A stretch of 64,000 nt of DNA from Dehalococcoidia bacterium (lineage in GTDB: Bacteria > Chloroflexota > Dehalococcoidia > E44-bin15): positions 281,197 through 345,196 of the forward strand of contig JBAZMV010000001.1 of the NCBI GenBank assembly GCA_041649635.1. The letters run 5' to 3'. Both the position numbers and the translations under genes were made by a program. Below the pieces are notes generated by a model. It searched no databases. It saw only the letters and a list, made by a program, of their open reading frames with translations, and was not told where the DNA came from. This document shows positions 60,825-64,000 of the stretch, piece after piece (position 1 is the stretch's first letter; the number at the start of each line of letters is the position of its first letter).

Positions 60825-61763
60825 TTACTGGATGGTCAGCCTGGTAATTTCCACAGGTTGCGCTTTCCTTTTCACGAGCTTAAGCCGCAGCAATATAAAG
60901 AACACCAGCGACAGGAGAAGAAGCGGCAGCCAGGAAAGCACAAACGTCGCCAGCATCATTACGGAGAAAGCGATAGCGGTAAACGCCATGGGGATATAAT
61001 CCTCATACGGCTCCATATCCTCCTGCACCTCTTCGTCCAGATAGAGGCGTAATTTCTGCAGTATCTCCTGCTTTTGCGGATAGGTCATGCTTGCCGGCAC
61101 AACCCTGTCTATTATGTGATTTTCCGCGAACTCGACCAGGGTGCTTATGCTCTCATCCGTAAGGTTGAATCCCTCCCTGTCTATGCGGTCCGCATACCCG
61201 AAATAAAAACTGGTACATGCCAGGCCGACGAGAACGACCAGGAAAATGGTCTGGCTGCTGCGTATTTGCCACACGGAAAACCTTATGCGATGAGCGATCT
61301 CCGTCCTGACCCCGGCAAGATAAATAAGCCCCATGACGAAATAGATAGCCGACACCACCAGGCTGAGTATCGAAATCTCAAACGTGAGGAACAAAGCTAA
61401 TGAAGAGACGAGGAAGCAAAGCGCCGCCACCCAGAACGGGCGGATCAAAATGGCTACGAATCCGGCGGCTACCGCGACGGCGGCGAAAGACCCCATCACG
61501 CACAAGCCCAGGCGAATAGACTCCCACCAGCTCCACGACCCCGGATACAGATGCACGTAGCCGTCCCCGGCCCACTTCAGCGCAAGGCCAAAGAAAGCTC
61601 CGACCCCAGCCAGCAGCAGACCGAAAACTACAACCTTTATCAGCCATGGGAATTTATCGCGTTTCCTGCCGCTCTTGGCATGCTCCGAGTAATCCGGCGG
61701 GAAATCCTCCCCATCCATCCATTTCTTCTTTGCCCGCGGTTTCCTAAAGTTCAGCATCTTCAT
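60825..61763 (-). CDS. Polytopic membrane protein, unknown function
   Basis: 312 aa with a basic N-terminus, about 6 TM helices and an acidic C-terminal region. Confidence 0.4.
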   Translation of the reverse strand: MKMLNFRKPRAKKKWMDGEDFPPDYSEHAKSGRKRDKFPWLIKVVVFGLLLAGVGAFFGLALKWAGDGYVHLYPGSWSWWESIRLGLCVMGSFAAVAVAAGFVAILIRPFWVAALCFLVSSLALFLTFEISILSLVVSAIYFVMGLIYLAGVRTEIAHRIRFSVWQIRSSQTIFLVVLVGLACTSFYFGYADRIDREGFNLTDESISTLVEFAENHIIDRVVPASMTYPQKQEILQKLRLYLDEEVQEDMEPYEDYIPMAFTAIAFSVMMLATFVLSWLPLLLLSLVFFILLRLKLVKRKAQPVEITRLTIQ

Positions 61764-61830
61764 TCTCCACCTCCTTGCAGCCCTGTCACCTCCCCCTTAG
61801 CAAAGGGGGAATGAGGGGGATTTCAAATAC

Positions 61831-63456
61831 TCACTCCGCAAACAGGTCTTTCAAATCCTTATCCGATTCCTTCTTGCACTCCAGCGCATCGCGAAGTCCG
61901 AATTCTTTGTACGATTCCGGAGTGCCGTAATCGCGCGTCTTCACCACCACCGGCATCGGAACCGCATGCCCGAAGATTAGCGCCTGCTGCCTGCTGTCCA
62001 GCTTGGACAGCACGGCCTTGAGCTCGCCCTTGCCCGACACTCCGGTGAGCGCGCTGTCGATATCCCTCTCGTTATCCAGAAGGCACGTTATCTTGGTGCC
62101 CAGCTGGCTCATTATCTCCTCGTCGATGCCGCTGGGACGCTGATCGACCACGAGCAGCGTCACGTTATACTTACGCATCTCGCGGGCGATGGTTCCGAAT
62201 ATCGTCTGCCCCGACAGCTCGCGGCTGAGGAACTTATGCGCCTCCTCTATCGTGATAACAAGGGGACGGGGCTTTGTTCCGCCCTCGGCCAGCGCCTTCT
62301 CAGTTCGCTCGCGATACATGGCATGTATGCGCCGCGTGAGCAGGTTGGCAACGAGTATGTAAGCAGCCGTGTTGTCGCCGTAACGCCCGAAATCGAGGAC
62401 GACATGTATGCCGCGCTCAAGATACGATAGAATGCTGTCGATGGCGCTGCCCTTCGCCTCGGAAACCAGGAACGGCATGCGCTTGAGTACGCTGAGACGG
62501 CGGTGCAGCGCGGCCAGCGTCGCCTCGTGTTCACCCAGGCTCTCCGCAAGTTCATTCAGCGCATCCTTGCCTTCGACGGACAGAAACTCCTCCAGCCACT
62601 TGCGACCCCTGTAATGCCGGGCCAGCCGGTACGGCACCCCTACCGCCGCGTCGGTCAGGTCCAGAGTTTCCTTAAGCAGAGCGATATCGTCAGGCTCGAT
62701 TTCATCGTAGCCTATCATAACCTCATAATCGGGCGACACCTTGCGCCTGCGCGCGCTCTCCGCGTCGAGCGCGAATATCGCCACCTTCGAGACGAAGAGC
62801 TGCTTCAGCCCTTTAACCGATTTGCCTCCCTCGCTCGTTCCTGACCAGCCGTACTCGTTATGCATATCGAAAACCAGGTTGACCGCCGAGCCCTCCTGCA
62901 GAATACCGACGAGAACCAGCCTGGCGAGAAACGTCTTGCCTGTTCCGCTCTTGCCGAAGATGCCGTTGGAGCGCATAACCAGCTTGGAGGTATCGAGGCG
63001 CACCTTGGTCTCCATGTCGAGCGGCGTCCCTATGTAGAACTGCCCTTCGGTAACGGAGCCGAACACGGAACCCATGTCTATATCATCGGCCTCGCGCACG
63101 ACGGAAAAATGCGCCGGCACCGTCTTCACCGGCTGCGGTCCGTCCAGGATATCGCCGGCATCTCCCCCTATCGTCAGCATCGGCAGCACGTGCAACCTGC
63201 CGAAGGTGCTGGTGCCGTTTATGACCTCGGCGACAAAGGGATCGGACACATCGGGAGGCGCGGACATGATGCGCTGATCCGAGGCGTCGAGCGTGACATC
63301 CGTGACCATGCCGAAGAACTTTCGCTTCCGGCCTTCGATCGTGACGTAGCGGCCCACCGCTAAATCTTCAACCGATACATCCCCGTCAAGCCTGACGTCG
63401 ATGCCCTTCGTCAGCGCGCCGGAGATAACGAATCCCAGCCTGCGATCCCCTGTCAC
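61831..63456 (-). CDS. HerA-like (DUF87) P-loop ATPase
   Basis: N-terminal barrel-like segment GFVISG..., Walker A GKSGTGKT, and a downstream hhhhD Walker B (LLVVDQ). Confidence 0.6.
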   Translation of the reverse strand: MTGDRRLGFVISGALTKGIDVRLDGDVSVEDLAVGRYVTIEGRKRKFFGMVTDVTLDASDQRIMSAPPDVSDPFVAEVINGTSTFGRLHVLPMLTIGGDAGDILDGPQPVKTVPAHFSVVREADDIDMGSVFGSVTEGQFYIGTPLDMETKVRLDTSKLVMRSNGIFGKSGTGKTFLARLVLVGILQEGSAVNLVFDMHNEYGWSGTSEGGKSVKGLKQLFVSKVAIFALDAESARRRKVSPDYEVMIGYDEIEPDDIALLKETLDLTDAAVGVPYRLARHYRGRKWLEEFLSVEGKDALNELAESLGEHEATLAALHRRLSVLKRMPFLVSEAKGSAIDSILSYLERGIHVVLDFGRYGDNTAAYILVANLLTRRIHAMYRERTEKALAEGGTKPRPLVITIEEAHKFLSRELSGQTIFGTIAREMRKYNVTLLVVDQRPSGIDEEIMSQLGTKITCLLDNERDIDSALTGVSGKGELKAVLSKLDSRQQALIFGHAVPMPVVVKTRDYGTPESYKEFGLRDALECKKESDKDLKDLFAE

Positions 63457-64000
63457 GGCTTCACCTTTTTCAGTATTATGTTAAGTCTATTAGTATCTCC
63501 CGCCATCATCAGCGCCAGCTCTTTGCCGGCCTTTACTAAAAATTCACGCGACCCTTCTTGCGCCGCGGCAGCGTTACGCAGGACGGCGGCGATGAGCTCG
63601 TTCGATCGTTCCGGGATATCGACGAGCATGCTGAGATATGACAGCGAACTATTGAATGCAGCCACCTCTTCGTGCTCACACGAGTAAACGAAGCTGTGTA
63701 TCCGGGCCGGACGCGGCGGAATATACTGGCTGATACTCCCTCCCTCGCCATGTCCGACAACTATGGCGCTGAACTCGGTGCGCATCAGCTTCTCCAGCTG
63801 CGGATTGGAGCGGTAGATATCCTCCTCGCTGACGTCCCCCCTGCCGCGCGCTATGGGACGGCGCCCCGGCTCGATGCTTGAAGTAGAAGCATCCGACACT
63901 ATCGCGTATATATCGATATCGCCATCCCTGGTACGAACCAGTCTGCCGTATTGAGGCGGGCTGTGCAGCTCGTAGCACTCGGCCGTGAAGCCGCCTGTCG
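63453..64000 (-). CDS. Partial ORF (5' end beyond window), translationally coupled to the HerA-like gene
   Basis: The track calls a GTG at 63899, but the frame stays open to the window edge. It overlaps the HerA-like start by 4 nt. No recognised family. Confidence 0.35.
   Translation of the reverse strand, partial: TGGFTAECYELHSPPQYGRLVRTRDGDIDIYAIVSDASTSSIEPGRRPIARGRGDVSEEDIYRSNPQLEKLMRTEFSAIVVGHGEGGSISQYIPPRPARIHSFVYSCEHEEVAAFNSSLSYLSMLVDIPERSNELIAAVLRNAAAAQEGSREFLVKAGKELALMMAGDTNRLNIILKKVKP

Overview
Most of this window looks like GC-rich core chromosome of a Chloroflexi/Dehalococcoidia-like bacterium (archaeal-type apgM, a geranylgeranyl reductase and an acetyl-CoA synthase cluster support that). 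Housekeeping genes present are purB-purE-purD, guaA, tsaC, rpiB, dxs, a polyprenyl synthase, pgk-apgM-tpiA, miaA, hflX, ctp, smpB, ssrA, xth, mutS/mutL, ftsY and pabBAC. Three regions are visibly AT-richer and look accessory. (1) Positions 1-13050 hold a nucleotide-sugar and glycan cluster: an FkbM methyltransferase, three SAM methyltransferases, a GDP-mannose-3,5-epimerase-like enzyme, a nucleotide-sugar dehydrogenase, fcl and several glycosyltransferases, with no Wzx or Wzy. (2) Positions 32.8-35.3 kb lie downstream of the tmRNA gene, where a degenerate direct repeat of the tmRNA 3' end plus terminator brackets a DUF2089 cassette and is followed by a low-GC gene with a HEPN-like Rx4H motif. 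(3) Positions 48.6-55.4 kb carry four consecutive polytopic GT-C-type membrane glycosyltransferases (one PMT/GT39-like), followed by a flippase-like UPF0104 protein. The CODH/ACS cluster acsB-acsD-acsC-cooC-acsE has no CODH catalytic subunit in the window. The most unusual signal is a ~90-nt structured intergenic element present four times, at 28.6, 32.3, 39.0 and 43.3 kb. It shows compensatory base changes in its 5' hairpin, a conserved GC hairpin followed by a T-run, a second CCCCC/GGGGG hairpin, and a 3' TTGA(-35-like) end. Other items of note are an orphan encapsulated-ferritin-like mini-protein, a membrane protein and zinc-ribbon ORF wedged between mutS and mutL, and a HerA-like ATPase translationally coupled to an ORF that runs off the window edge. 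I found no CRISPR array, rRNA or tRNA.
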